A stretch of 64,000 bases of DNA. Origin: Octopus vulgaris (Eukaryota). The stretch covers positions 8,618,001 through 8,682,000 of the forward strand of contig OX597818.1 in NCBI GenBank assembly GCA_951406725.2, in the 5' to 3' direction. Positions 1 to 13,737 of this stretch are shown here, piece by piece (position 1 is the stretch's first letter; the number at the start of each line of letters is the position of its first letter). Both the position numbers and the translations under genes were made by a program. A model generated the notes under the pieces. That model made no database searches. It saw only the letters and a program-made list of their open reading frames with translations, and was not told the DNA's origin.

Positions 1-1069
1 GGGGAGGATGGCCATTTTCATCAACCTTATTGTCATCTTAAACGAAATTATAACATCAAATTTCGTTGCTTCGTTTCTGGAGTTGTTGAGATTGATTATT
101 ACAGACAAACGCTGTGTTAACAAATGATACTTTAAATGCAACCTGTACACTGAAATTTTGGTGAAAATTCCACCTGACAAAAACATAGTAAATCAATGAG
201 TAAGAAAAGAGAAAATTCATCAAAAGGTCTTATTTCACAGATGTAGTTAGGAATGTTCTCTTCAGATATCATAACGTGAGCAGGAGGTGTTTGACAGGAA
301 ATTGCATATTAAATCTTTATATTAGAAACCATAATACATTTCAGCTTTGGCTAGTGAAAGAGAGAACTACATTTTGCATGGAAAATACACTTTTCAAATA
401 TCTCCTATGTTGTTTGGATTTTAGCAGCAATCACAACTTAATACGAGCAATATTTCTGATTTTTGTCAAAGAACCTGAATAATTAATAAGGATTCATTTA
501 CAATGTTTAGGTTGTTTACGCTAATATCAGTTTCAGGTGAATACTGGACAATGAAGGATATAGGACCATTGTGCAGCCTTCGATAAATTTCGATGTAGGC
601 TGTAGGCTGATGTGCTCTTAAAGAGTAATGTTCTATTCTAGTTCGTACTAAATGGTAATGCTGTGAACAGTCCAGCAATATTGCTATGAAGGCTTGTACG
701 GTTTATGTAAACGAAACATCGCAAATGTTGATTTAATGAATGGTGCAGTAATTAGCAAATGAAATTATTATCAGACGTTGTGAAGGTTATATCACAGGTT
801 AAAGTTAGTAATTTTGATAAATCAATTGAAGTAAACATTCATAATTAGATTAAATTCTGAAATGTATCGTTGCAGTTTTGAATTATGAATGTCTCAAAAT
901 TACCTTCCATTCAAGAAGTTAATGGGCAAAATCGATAGACTGGTCGGTCGAATGCCCTGCGGTGATTGATAATGTCCTTTTCACAATGTCCGTCTGAAAT
1001 ATCGGCTTGGTGTACGAGTCTGTTCTTGCATGGTTCATGTTCCAGGCATACATACATACTTATATACAT

Positions 1070-1099
<30 letters not shown>

Positions 1100-1100
<1 letters not shown>

Positions 1101-1565
1101 GCAATAATAATTATATGGGTAAAATTAATTAATTAATTAGTAATTAATAATTTTACCAAGTAGTGTTCAGTACGTAAAAGACCATTTAACGGTAAATTTA
1201 AACATTATTTTATATAATGGGGTTCAGCAAAAAAATTGCTTTACCGCACACCGAACTTTTAGAAATACAGCCAAAGAATTTAGCTATTTCTTCTACTTTA
1301 AGAAGAGTCTCCCAGATAATGCATACTCAAAAACATTACACATGGGTATAGAGGGAAAAATAACGAAAGTTCACTCGAAAGATTGATTAATTGCGTACGC
1401 GTTTCTGGGTTAATTAGATATAGAGATGCTAGAAATACATCCCTATTCCAATATTCCTTTCATCAGCACAAGATTTCATTAAATTTAAATTTGAGAGCAG
1501 TTGTACTGTCACTAAGTTATCAGTCGACGAACTGTCTGTCGACGAATTTTTCGGATACCCTGTAC
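1100..1565 (-). mobile_element. Probable non-coding Penelope-like terminal repeat (pLTR) fragment
   Basis: Carries the hammerhead at 1391-1471, abuts a (TA)n tract at ~1070-1100, has no coding remnant. Boundaries approximate. Confidence 0.4.
1391..1471 (-). ncRNA. Type I hammerhead ribozyme motif (PLE-type, minimal palindromic stem III, long stem II)
   Basis: Minus strand reads TTGTG-CTGATGA-[~55 nt including hairpin TAGGGATG/CATCTCTA]-GAAAC-GC-GTA-CGCAA. Stem I is TTGTG/CGCAA with one G.U pair; the core is intact; stem III is the palindrome ACGCGT. Confidence 0.7.
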
Positions 1566-1589
1566 ATATAAGCATAAAACTACTTGTAA

Positions 1590-1768
1590 TTAATATATAA
1601 AACAGTTTATACTTGATGCTGAATTATTAGAAAAAAACTTCTAAGGAATCAATCATCATTCTTCAGTACACTATATGTTGACACCTTTCCGAAGGACTAA
1701 TTAATTCTCCTTCTCTGAAGTCAAGGAGGCTAAACAAGAACATAACTTTATTTCATATTTAAAGTACT
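1590..1768 (+). repeat. Dispersed direct repeat, copy 1 (copy 2 at 4177-4322)
   Basis: Shared blocks ATAAAACAGTTTATA.TTGATGCT, ATCATTCTTCAGTACACTAT and TATTTCATATTTAAAGTA. Confidence 0.7.
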
Positions 1769-3431
1769 GTGATTTCCTGTTATTACTTTATTATTGTTGG
1801 TAGCCACCGTTATACTACATGAGAGATAACTTCATATCTTTGATAACTTCACATGCTTTGTGTGTGTTTTATTTTTGTATCCCAAGTACGCATACATATG
1901 ATGTTGTACACATGCTTTGTAAATACGTTGGTTAAAAATTAGATAACAACAACCGCTATTCCAACACTTCCTTAACTTTCGAACTATACTCAGATCTCTT
2001 CCTCTCAGTTATGCTTCAGAGAGGTTTTGGAATAATCCTTCATTGCACCCTATGCGTTTAAATATTTTCCTTTATTCATATTTAATATAAACGTATATAT
2101 GTTGCATACATTTCACAATTACTTTTACGTATCACGTTCTTTTGAAAAATTGAAGCAGAGCAACTGTCCACGTAAGAAAAATGACTTCTCATATATATAT
2201 ATATATATTCACATTTTCAGTTTCGTGGTTATATCTCCGGAGATTGTTTTCTAACTTTCTATGTTTTATATCAACAATCTTTCTTCTGTTAAATATATTG
2301 CTAGCTATCACATACACGCCTTTGCTATCTTATATTCCCAAATGTCTTGCGATATGGAGGTAATTTTTTATCTGTATCAGATTTAGAATATTATCAATTC
2401 TTTTCTTGGCTCCTCTATAATTTTGTTTGTTACCTGTTAAATGCTTTCAGAAAATATAGACTGAATGTATTTCCGCCGCTCATGAAGCTGGCATGTATGT
2501 TACACGTTAACTATTATTTTTATCAGCTTCCTGTATCAACCTATTCTGGATTCAGATTAGGTTTTCTGTAGAGTATGTTAGGTTTGGTTGCTACAGTGAT
2601 AATTATAAACTTCCGTAGAATGTCTACAAACATCATGCTGGACTTTTCAGTGGCAAATAGCACGATTATATGATTAATTGATTTTCAGCACGCCTGGAAA
2701 TTTATTCTTCCTCTATTTTAATGACGGTGTTAAGATTAATGTTCTCTCCACTTTTTTGTCTAAGAGTTCTTTAAATTTTGGGGTATTAAATTTAGATTTA
2801 TTTAATGCAAATTTCCGCCTGCATATAACCTTGACGCAAAGAAGTATAATAAGCTTTATGCTGAGCGGGATTGGTAAACAAATTCATTTTGTGACAAAAT
2901 ATTTGTTCTTCATTAAACTAAGAAAAAGGGTATTAGTAGGAACATTATTGCCAAATTATTACTGACAAAATAATAATGGGTTTCCATCTCATCTTTAAAA
3001 AAAAGGTTGTGTTTAGTTCGACAGCATCTGATGAAATGAATGTACAGTCACCAAACAAGATGTCCCACAAAATAACTAATATGAAATATTCCGTATTTTG
3101 TTGACGCTGTTAATTGTTACAAGCATAAATCCATAGCGCCAATTAACATGATTCGTACACATTGAGTGATTAAAATATCTCACCTAGAAGAACTGAAATT
3201 ACTCTGCCTGATATCTTGCACCTCTATATATTATATTTATGTTTGTCTGTGGGAGTGTGTGTGCTCGCGAATTTTTGAATGTATGCGTCTTTGTCTGTAC
3301 ACTAGTATGTTTAACGATTTGTGTGCCTACATACACACATAGGTATAGATAGATGGATAGACAGATCTGTATGAATGTCTATATCTTACGAATGTAAGCA
3401 TGTGTGTATTAATGCATGTATAGATAAATCT

Positions 3432-3535
3432 ATGGCCGACGAATTGGCAAAAATATAGGAACATCCGAGAAAACGCTTTCATTCTTTGATACTTCGCTTT
3501 GCGTTCTGAGTTCAGCTCTCGCTAAAACCTTATGG
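3432..3535 (+). mobile_element. Degenerate tRNA-derived SINE head
   Basis: GGCCGACGAATTGGCAAAAAT...GCGTTCTGAGTTCAGCTCTCGC resembles the reverse complement of the SINE copies at 43467 and 44472. Confidence 0.4.
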
Positions 3536-4176
3536 CGTATTAAACCAGATGATGAAAGTCAATGAAATCTGGGGCTAGAGAAATAAAAATGTGCTTCTAT
3601 ATCGAAGCGTATTTAGGATAGATGAAACAACGATATTAGAATAAATTATCCCTTGGAATAAGTCAAATATTTTTAATACTGATACGGTTCTGAGATAAGG
3701 TTTCAATGAACTGTAGTAACATATTGAAACCTCGTAAAGTATATTTGCTGAACTATAGATATATTCAATCTTTTTTCATACATGTCCTTAGGTTAATAAT
3801 TAGATGATGGAACAATAAATTGAGGCATAGGTAGAGGCCTAAACCAAGGGATAAACAAAATCAATTTGTCCACGAAAAAGAAAAATAGTTTGGGATCGGA
3901 AAACATAAAATGCACCAAAGCCCTATAGTTTAAATCGTTTAACTTCAGGTAGAAAATATACAAAATTGCATAAAACAGGATATGTCAGGTATAATACACT
4001 AACAGATAAAAGTACAACCAGTGAACCAGTGAATGGGAAAATGTTTTAATAAATAACTCTAATGAAAGTAGCCCCCCTCCTAGCAAAAGAGGAAAAGGGG
4101 AGACGAAATAATCGTAGTTTTGTTCAAGTTTAAATAGCATACAAAATACAAAATGATACATAAATAGTCTGCTAGT

Positions 4177-4322
4177 TAATAGATAAAACAGTTTATATTT
4201 GATGCTAAATTATCAGAGGAAAGATTCCAAGGAATTGATTATCATTCTTCAGTACACTATGAGTTGATGCTGTTCCAAATGACACTAAACAAGGAAATAT
4301 CTATATTTCATATTTAAAGTAT
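4177..4322 (+). repeat. Dispersed direct repeat, copy 2 of 1590-1768
   Basis: Same blocks as copy 1, with an internal deletion. Confidence 0.7.
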
Positions 4323-6780
4323 TATTTTTGCATGCTAGTAAAATACTTAAAATCCATTTTTTTTAATATATACATGTGCCATGTGTATTTGCGCGTCTGT
4401 ATGTATGTAAATCACTATACACACACACACACGCACACACATGTACTCACGAAAATCCATCCATCCATCTATCCATACACTCACACACATAATAACTGGG
4501 ATTTTGCTCATGAATAAGTGTACTAATAAATTCTATAGTAAGCGTCAGAGGTTATCGTTTCTTTTTTCCACTCATCAAAAACTTATTTCCAGTTTCGATC
4601 CCACCATACAAAAGTTTAAGAATAATTTGAATGCTTTGATTCGAATCAGATTTCTGTTCGCCTCTCATGTCATAGTAATAAATTCTTAATATTTTAAAAT
4701 ATTAGCTATCTTTTTTCCATTATTTATTCATTTATATATTTTGAATATCGCTAACAATTATTGATAAATTCTCGAGATATTATTATTATTGAGAAGCAAA
4801 ACAATTTGCTTTAAAATGTTTACGTACTCCATGTATTACATTTTCTTTGCATCATTTATCTAAGTTCATGCTATTTATGCTGTTGAATCATTTCCTTCAA
4901 CACTTCATCTTTTAATACGCTCATAACCCCTTTTCTGTTTCCAAATAACTCTGTGGCTAATGTTTCAATATAACTCTGTGGCTAATGTTTCACGATACAC
5001 CAGAAGCTAGACATGTATCGATTGCGCTTTTATCAAGGATAAGAAATCATTATCAGGAATAGTTTCTCCATTTCTTGAAGTTATCGTTCCTGTTCTATGA
5101 TGGTCGCTGCCAACTATGGTATTGTAATAACATGTAACTAGAATTAAATTACACATTGAATAATGTAGTTGCGTGTACACTACAGCTGAATAATATATGA
5201 TATGTTAATGAATTGAGCACACACATGTGCCCGATTTATATAACTACAATACTATGCATAAAAAAATGGAAAATACGATTACTGCTAAATAGAAGACTGT
5301 CACCCCTTCCAGCTGTACCAATCTTCTACGTATTCTTCAGTAGTTGTAATTTCAAGTTGTTGTTAATTGTGGCGAATCTCATGAAGATCCATTTGGTTTT
5401 GCTATTGCAGTCGTCGTTCGTGCTGTTGCCGCTGCTTATGCTAATGCTCTCGTCTCTGTATTTGTTCGTTTTGATTCTGCTGTTGTTGTTTTATCTGTAA
5501 ACTCAAGTCCGCCTTGAGAAAAGATTGATCAATCTTACATTTTCGGGCTTCTTGTCTAGCTAAATATGTTTATGTTTACATTATCCAATGTGGGCGCCAT
5601 GTTTTTCCTTCATATTTAACATCCTTCTTTCTCATGATTCTTGAAAACATTAACATTTTCCTTGAGATAGTTGTATTGGTAATATGGATAGTGAAGAGAC
5701 ATTATAATTATGTAAGTCACATGGCGAGTTGAGACTAAACCAGTATTAATGAAGCAAATGGGTATCATCCTAAATAGGTTTTGTTCTATGCTGCAAATCA
5801 AAACACTATCAAGCTCTAAACTGTTTGAGACGAAATAACGTGATAGGGAAATATTTACCTTTCGACCATGAAGTAGTGGAGAATTTCAATACCATTATAC
5901 AACATTTCCTAGAGGAATTTTGATTTCTTCTTTAATTATAAATCAGAAAATGAGCCCGTGAGTAGTGAGCAGAGTCTTTTTGCATAAAGACTTGGGAGAC
6001 AAAATATTTCCAGTTTCATGTCACCAGTGACACTTGGCCACTTGCAAGGAGATCCACTTTGATGCTAGTATTCTCACAAAGTCTGAACTCTGAAGATAAA
6101 TCCATATTTTTATTATAAAGAACTGATTTACGGCCATTATTAATATCAACGGCACATACAGTACATTGTAATGTTTGAAAAATGTAATATTTGTTTATTT
6201 CGTCCTCACATTACATTAAAAAAACTTCGGAACGTCCCAAGTAACTTCGAACTCAATGGTTTTTCCTTTCATCTATATAACGAATGTGTTCATAAATGTC
6301 AGATTTCTTTACCACATGTGTCTTAATATTACTCCCTATGGTCTATGAGGCAATTGGTTGGCACTTGACTTCAAATTTAAAATGAGACTCCATTGTTCTT
6401 TTGGGGAGTCTTTCTCTGACATTTACCCTATTACCATGTGTGAAATGAGAGAAATTACCTGGTTTATTAAAAATCTTTTTCGTGTTCTGTGTTCAGAAAA
6501 CGAAATTACAATCACACCTAAAAAGTGTAAATATTAAAATTAAAAAGAATTCCTAAAACTATTTTAGAAAAAGTGAAGTAAGAAAGGAAAATGAGAAACA
6601 ATCTCATTCACAGGGGATTTTTTCTTATATATGTAAAACTGAAATTTGTATTTATATATTGCGATGTAATTGATCTTTTAATGAACAGTGATTTTTTTAT
6701 GAGACTCTCTCCTGTAATTATAATCCACAATCACTTTAAACAATTTTCTATTAGAAAATAATACTTTATATTTCAGCTGC

Positions 6781-8990
6781 ATTATTATTATCATCATTTT
6801 CATAAGCACTCAATAGATGAGACTGTTGGAGAAGAGAAAATCCTAACATTGGGCTACAACAAGTAAACTTAGATGCCAAGAATCCTCCTACGGGCTACAA
6901 CAGGTAACCTTCGATGCCAAGAAACCTCCTAAGAAACCTAGCTGTCCTTAATAAGACTGTTTTCTGGAACTGTACTAAACGGGGTTATATGCCCACTTCC
7001 TCTATCCATCTGTTCAAATCTTTAGGGATAGTTCCCAATGCACCTATAACTACTGGGATACATTTTACCTGCACTTTCCTTACTCACTGTAACTTAATAG
7101 CTAGGTTCTGGTGCTTCACCATTGTTTATGCTTATCATATTAATGTCTTCATCATTTAGGACTGTAAAGTCAATTATTTGCACTTTCTATTTTATTTATC
7201 TACTGCTATCAAATCAGGTAGAGATCTACTTGCAATTTTTTTCATTCTAAATCTAATTAATTCATTTGTTGTCTGTTATACTGAACATACTCAAATATTC
7301 ACGCATCCATGAGTGCGGGATCATGTCATACACTTTTCTATAATCTTTCCATGCTGTTGTTAGGTTTTACTTAGTAGCTTTTACTTCATTTAGAACTACT
7401 TTGTAAATGCATAATAGATCATGCCTTCCCCTAGCCTTCTTCCTGCAACCTTTCTTTTCTGCTGGCAATAAGTTCTAATTTCACTGTGCTCGTAAATGCT
7501 TTTGGAAATCATTCCTGTTAACAAACTCCACACTAATGGTAAAGAAATTATTCGTGTAGAGTTGCTAGCTGTATTACATTGTTGTTATTTTCCATAATGA
7601 GTACTGTCCACCCTCTAGTCAACCAAGTTAGTATTATTCTTCCATTAAGGCAATCTTGAAGCTGTTCCCTCAGTCTCCCATGTAAACTACTAAATTTCTT
7701 AAGCCAGTACCCTTGAAATAAATCTGGTCTTGGGAACTTCCGATTCTGCATTTTCCTAACAATATTCGCATTAATGCACAAGACAATCTTCGATCTGGCC
7801 TCTTCTCACTCACTACTTCCCTCACTTTCTTTAACCATACTGCATCTCCACTGTGATTGATTGACGTATCCCAGATATTACTCGAGAACTTTCTAGCTTC
7901 TTCTGCATTAAGTTTCTCAACTCCAGCACTTTATTCTCCACTATTTATTAGGTTATAAAATCTCTGGTCTGTCTCAAATAATCTATTCTGTTGAAAGTGA
8001 TCTATACTTTTCTGATATCTGTAGAGCTAGCCTACTTCTGCTATAATACAGTGTTTCAGCTTTTCTATTACTGTCCCAAATCCTTTCCCTTGGACTAAGT
8101 ATCTTTTTCTCGATGGAAGTATTCCATCTTGTATTTCCTAGCTTGTTAATTTTCCATGTTTCTATTCCATTCAGATATCATCTTAAATTTTTGACTTTAT
8201 TTTGTAGTTTCATTTTCCACATATCCTAATTTTTAATCTTTCCTTGTCAGATATATAATCTTGCGGTAACTATTACCCCTCCTGTATAGATCAGTAAATT
8301 TGTGTCTCTTATATTTTAGTATCTTTCACACTAACAACAGAATCTACTTTCTTAGTCATTTCTAGCAGTTTCCCTCTATTGGTGCCTTTTAATGCTGGCA
8401 ATATTTTTCTTACTTCTTTATTTATTACTCCCTGCAACTCATCTAAAATCTTCTGGTCTTCCTCACTTAAATCACTTATGTCGCTGGTGCCAGTTGTCCC
8501 TTCCTTATCGGTAGGGCTACAATTATTTTTGCCTTTAGCTTCTTCTTTGGTTTGAGCTGTATCTCTTATGTTGTTGTTTGTCTTTCCTACTGCTTGGTCT
8601 TTCTTTTCCAGTTCTCTTATGTTCACTTACACCTCCAATTCTGTCATCCATTTTCTTCTCCCAATAACACTAGCTTGATCAACTCATCTCTGCCCAGTCA
8701 CTGTAAACATACCCTTCTTTACCCAAAGTGTTAACATTCGTTTTAGGTTCACATTCTAAGTAGCACTGCATCACTATCCTGCTGTCTTTGCTTGTCCGCT
8801 TTCTCCTCCTTGCATTTTTATCCGCTGATGCCTTATTAAGACATCAGCTGTGGTCAGTCTGCATCTTTACTGAACCACATCCGCGCCAGAGGCCTTCCGT
8901 CAAAGGTCCAGTTTAATTTTCGCTGTTACAACCAGAATTTCTTATAAACTGAGGTAAGGTAATGTTCCTTACCATCGTCATCCCCACTAA
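6781..8990 (-). mobile_element. Dong/R4-clade non-LTR retrotransposon remnant (internally deleted, degenerate)
   Basis: Minus strand has the RLE C-terminus 'KCIPVVIGALGTIPKDL...QKTVLLRTARFLRR' (~6930-7080) and an RT N-terminal block 'PRPDLFQGYWLKKFSSLHGRLREQL...WLTRG' (7548-7781). A (TAA)n tail lies at 6781-6795. Confidence 0.8.
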
Positions 8991-9431
8991 TTTTTTTTTT
9001 GTTTTTGATACCTGAAAGTTTCAAGTAACTCTTTGTTGTATCATTTACTCCACCTTTGTGCTGGTAGGGTGAGACGTCCTGCATTTCTTGGTGGGGTGGG
9101 GATATTGCATTGTATCAGTATGTTCTGTTATTGGGTTTGGTTTGAATCTTCTATTGTATTAGTTTTTGTAGTGTGTTGTTTATGTAGCGCAAATTGTGTT
9201 CTATCGGATATTAGCCTTCTTATGCATATGTGGGTTTTGTTCATATTGGGTAAGAGTTTAATATTGTATGAGATTACTATTGTATGTTTCGTGGTGAGCT
9301 GCTGCATAGTAGTGGGTGTAAGTCATAGATCAACTATTTCATAGTGTTTATGATAATTTGTTCACCGCTCTTTCTCCTTTTTATTCTTTTGGTTGGCTTT
9401 GTTATGGGTTCCGTTTGTATAGCGTTTACAT

Positions 9432-9660
<229 letters not shown>

Positions 9661-10499
9661 AAGCATCATATTTCACGTGTCGCTATTTTTGCAGAAGCTT
9701 AAATAATGCTTGTAATTCTTGCAGCTCTTTCTTCTCATTTTTCTTTAAACTCTTCTCTCATTTTATGTCCATCCTTTCACTAAAAAATTATTTGAAAGAT
9801 CACTTAGGATGATATGGAATAACATTAATGCAATCAATGGTTAAATACTTACGTCAGCATAGAACAGATACATAATTTTGGCATTATTGACTCATCTAAT
9901 TATGAATGTTGCAGTTTCTTAAATCAATGTTTCTAAGAGAAATGTGGACCTGTTCCCATCGTACTATTTTATTGGTATCAATCAATGCATGTGAGGTGAT
10001 AGTGAAAGGCAAGATGAAGGTGATAATATAGACAACAAAGACAACGATGATGACAATAAACAATAAAATAATGTTGAAAATGATGAAAAAGTTGACAATA
10101 TTTTCCATGATGGTGTGGATGGTCATAAGAACCATAAAAACGTGGAGGAATTATAAGAGATGTGATAACAAAATTAAAACGAGATTATGAAAAGTATGAA
10201 TAATATATGGCTGATTTTATAGGTCTTTTCTGAAAGACATCGAACGTCAGGCAACAAATATTTCGCTAAAGATCACTTTGCTTTATAAGTCTTACAAAGG
10301 TGTTGACTGAAAGATTTTTGCTATGAATTTTTGAATTTCACATGCACCATACGCCTGTAATCGGGTTGAAGAATGGCTAAGATATTTTCTTAAAAAGAAA
10401 CCAATGATGACTTTTATACACAAATAAAAGCATTTATCCACCAAAGCGGTGTCGAGCACTCATTCTCATCATTGGATATTTAGGTATATACATATGATA

Positions 10500-10532
<33 letters not shown>

Positions 10533-10543
10533 TTTATAGAAGG

Positions 10544-10594
10544 AGCTTCTACAGGACTAGAACTGTTTCATTCAAATGAAAACATCAGGAAGCT
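10544..10594 (-). ncRNA. Type I hammerhead ribozyme motif with core substitution (CUGAUGU instead of CUGAUGA)
   Basis: Minus strand AGCTTC-CTGATGT-TTTCATTTGAAT-GAAA-CAG-TTCTAGTC-CTG-TA-GAAGCT; mirror copy of 18585-18635. Confidence 0.7.
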
Positions 10595-11004
10595 TGCTGT
10601 CAAAATAAGTTCTGGCATTTATACATTTAGGCAGATTTAATGGGGTGGTGGTGGGGGACATTTTTGGGGTAAGCAGGGCACAAACTGTCTTTCTTAGGGG
10701 AGTGGTCAAATGATTCAGTGATGAAGTAAATAAATGAATAAATAGAATAATTGAATAGAGTTTTAGGTAAATTCGAAAGCTATCGCTTTTAGTCAGTTTG
10801 TTGTTGTTGTTATTAAGTGGAGGGAAGAAGTAGATAAGTATACATAAAAGAACATATAAAATAAATATACATACAAACCCACATACATACACATACAAAT
10901 ATCCATACACATACATATACATATGCCCATGTATATACATACAGACACACACATACATGCATAAAAATACACTAACACATATATATATATGTATATATAT
11001 ATAC

Positions 11005-11095
<91 letters not shown>

Positions 11096-11102
11096 CATAT
11101 AC

Positions 11103-11143
<41 letters not shown>

Positions 11144-11752
11144 CATATACATATATATACATACACATATATATACAAATACACATACACATATATGCAA
11201 ACACGCAAACACACGCACACATATATCTACACATATATATATAAATATACACACCCATACACACACACATATATATACATATATATACATACACATACAT
11301 ATACACACACAAGTACACATATGCATACATACATAATTGTACCCACTTTCACATAAACGTATACATAACTATGTACACACATAAATATCTGCCCGCATAT
11401 ATAAACGCATATGCTCGTATAAAAACATATGTGCATATAAACATACATACGCATATATACGCATCTATACACTCATAATTACATATATGCACACATGCAT
11501 GCATACATGTGTACATAAATGCATACATGCACATACATACCTACACACATATATATACATACATGCACATACATACACATACGTACACGTACATACATAT
11601 ACATATCTACACATATACACATACATATATACACATACAAAAATCTACAAGTCCATATATATATGTATATATATACACATACATATACGTATATACCTAC
11701 ATATACATACATATATATACTTACACCCATACACCAATATACATATCTACAT

Positions 11753-11784
<32 letters not shown>

Positions 11785-11953
11785 ATATATATAAGCACAT
11801 GCACATACAAATACACATACGCATATCTACACACATACACACACCCATATATATATACATATGTATATACACATGCATAGACATACACACACACGCGCAT
11901 CTGTATATACATAAATACAAGCATACATACATATACATATACACATATACATA

Positions 11954-13606
11954 CCTTAAATCCTTAAATCCTTAAAAATGTTTTAGCCCGAATGCCGCGG
12001 CCATGCTGGGGCACCACCGCTGAATGAGCTACACTAGTTTGTGAATCCACCTCTGATACGTGGCACTTGATCAACAAGGGAGTTCGATGATGCTGCCCGC
12101 ATCCGTGTCTCCTGTCGTGAGGTAGGTTCATCTGGGACTCCCAACAAGAAGAGATCCAGTTTAGTTTTAAAGAAACCCACATCCACACCATGTAAGTCTC
12201 TCAGGCATTTAGGGAGGATGTTAAAGAGCTGTGGTCCTCTGAAACCCAAGCTGTTGCAGTATCTGGACCTGTATTTTGATGGTGATGTTGGAATCCTTGG
12301 CACCACGCAGCGGCGCCCGTTCTGCGGTTGGAGTAACTTTGAATGCCAAAGTTTGGGACAAGACCCTCCAGGATTTTCCAGATGTATATCACTGCATATC
12401 TCTCCGCCTCCGCTCCAGGGAGAAGAGGTTTAATACCTTCAGTCTTTCCCAGTAGCTGACATTTTGCATTGAGACGATTTTCTTTGTGTAGCTTCTCTGA
12501 GTTGCTTCAAGTTCAGCTGTTTGTTTTATATTGTGTGGTGACCAAAGTTGGGAGCAGTAGTCCAAGCGGCTGAGGACGAATGTTTTCCATAAGACCATCA
12601 GTGTCTCCTTCTCTCTTGTTCTGAATGTTCGGAGAATCCATCCAGCTAGCCGTCTGCATTTTATCACCAGATTAGCAATATGCATTTGGAAAGATGCATC
12701 ATTGCTCATGTCAATGCCCAGGTCACGCACTGATTTTGACTCAGGGATTGCAATTCTTCCTGGGCCAGTGTATCCAGTCTTCCCGTCATTTACCTTTGTG
12801 TGCCAGTAGCGCAGGGCCTGGAACTTACCTGCATTAAACTGCATGTTGTTGTCCTCAGCCCACCTGTATATTGTGTCCAGCTCATGTTGCAGATGCGCAA
12901 TATTTTCAGGGTTTTGTATTGCGTGGGAGACTTTTGTGTCATCTGCATAGCTAGCAAGGGTGGTCATCGTAGCAACTGAAGGCATGTCTGAAAGAGCCAC
13001 TATGAACATCAGTGGACCCAATACAGTGCCCTGTGGGACACCGCTTGTTATTTGCGTTTCCTTGGAGGTGGCTCCATTGCTCACAACTGCCTGTTTTCTG
13101 TCTTTTAGGAAGTTGTGCAGCCACTCTCCAAGTTTCCCGCCTATGCCGAGACCACGCAGTTTGTGACAGATCATACCATGGTCGACTTTATCAAAGGCTT
13201 TTGCAAAGTCAAGATATATTACATCCACATTTGAGCCATTTAGTAGCTGTTTCAACACCCAGTCATAGTGTTGCAGGAGCTGTGTTAGGCAGCCTCTACC
13301 TGGTCGAAATCCATGCTGGGTGTCAGACAGTAAGTCATTTTCTTCAAGGAACATGATTAGTTTCTTACGGACTATTCGTTCCATGACTTTGCTGATGTGT
13401 GAGGTCAGAGAGATAGGCCTATAATTTTTAGCATCTGCTCTGCTACCTCCCTTATGGATAGGGCATATTACCCCCTCTTTCAGTTTGACTGGGAGCTTAC
13501 CACTTGCAAGAAAGCTCTGAAAAAGAAGCTGTAGCGGTTTTGCAAGGGCTCGTTTGCACGATTTGAGAAGGATCGCTGGAAATCCATCAGGTCCAGCAGC
13601 TGAGTA
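11954..13606 (-). mobile_element. CR1-group LINE, 5'-truncated, inserted in the left PLE arm
   Basis: RT motifs AAGPDG, NYRPISLTS, QHGFR, YLDFAKAFDKV, SGVPQGTVLGP and YADD. The 3' end is a tandem (ATTTAAGG)n tail at ~11954-11975. Absent from the equivalent position of the right arm (~16710). Confidence 0.93.
12034..13606 (-). pseudogene. LINE ORF2 reverse transcriptase, 5'-truncated, frameshifted near the C-terminus
   Basis: ORF 12389..13810 carries ~400 aa of RT; its N-terminal ~70 aa are microsatellite. The C-terminus continues in other frames (12201..12392 'IYIWKILEGLVPNFG'; 12034..12306 'GPQLFNILPKCLRD'). Confidence 0.9.
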
Positions 13607-13698
13607 CGTGCATATACAAATAATAAATATATATACATGCAAATACCTATACTTACACATACACATACGCGTACATATACATATACATATACATAAAC

Positions 13699-13737
<39 letters not shown>

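Noticed and set aside
1-700. Cadherin-like words on the minus strand ('VDENGHPP', 'LLIIQVL/DKNQ', 'VMISEEN') suggesting a protocadherin pseudogene
   Set aside because: The motifs need frameshifts, and the canonical LDRE, DXD and DXNDN signatures are not intact. Unsupportable without a profile search.
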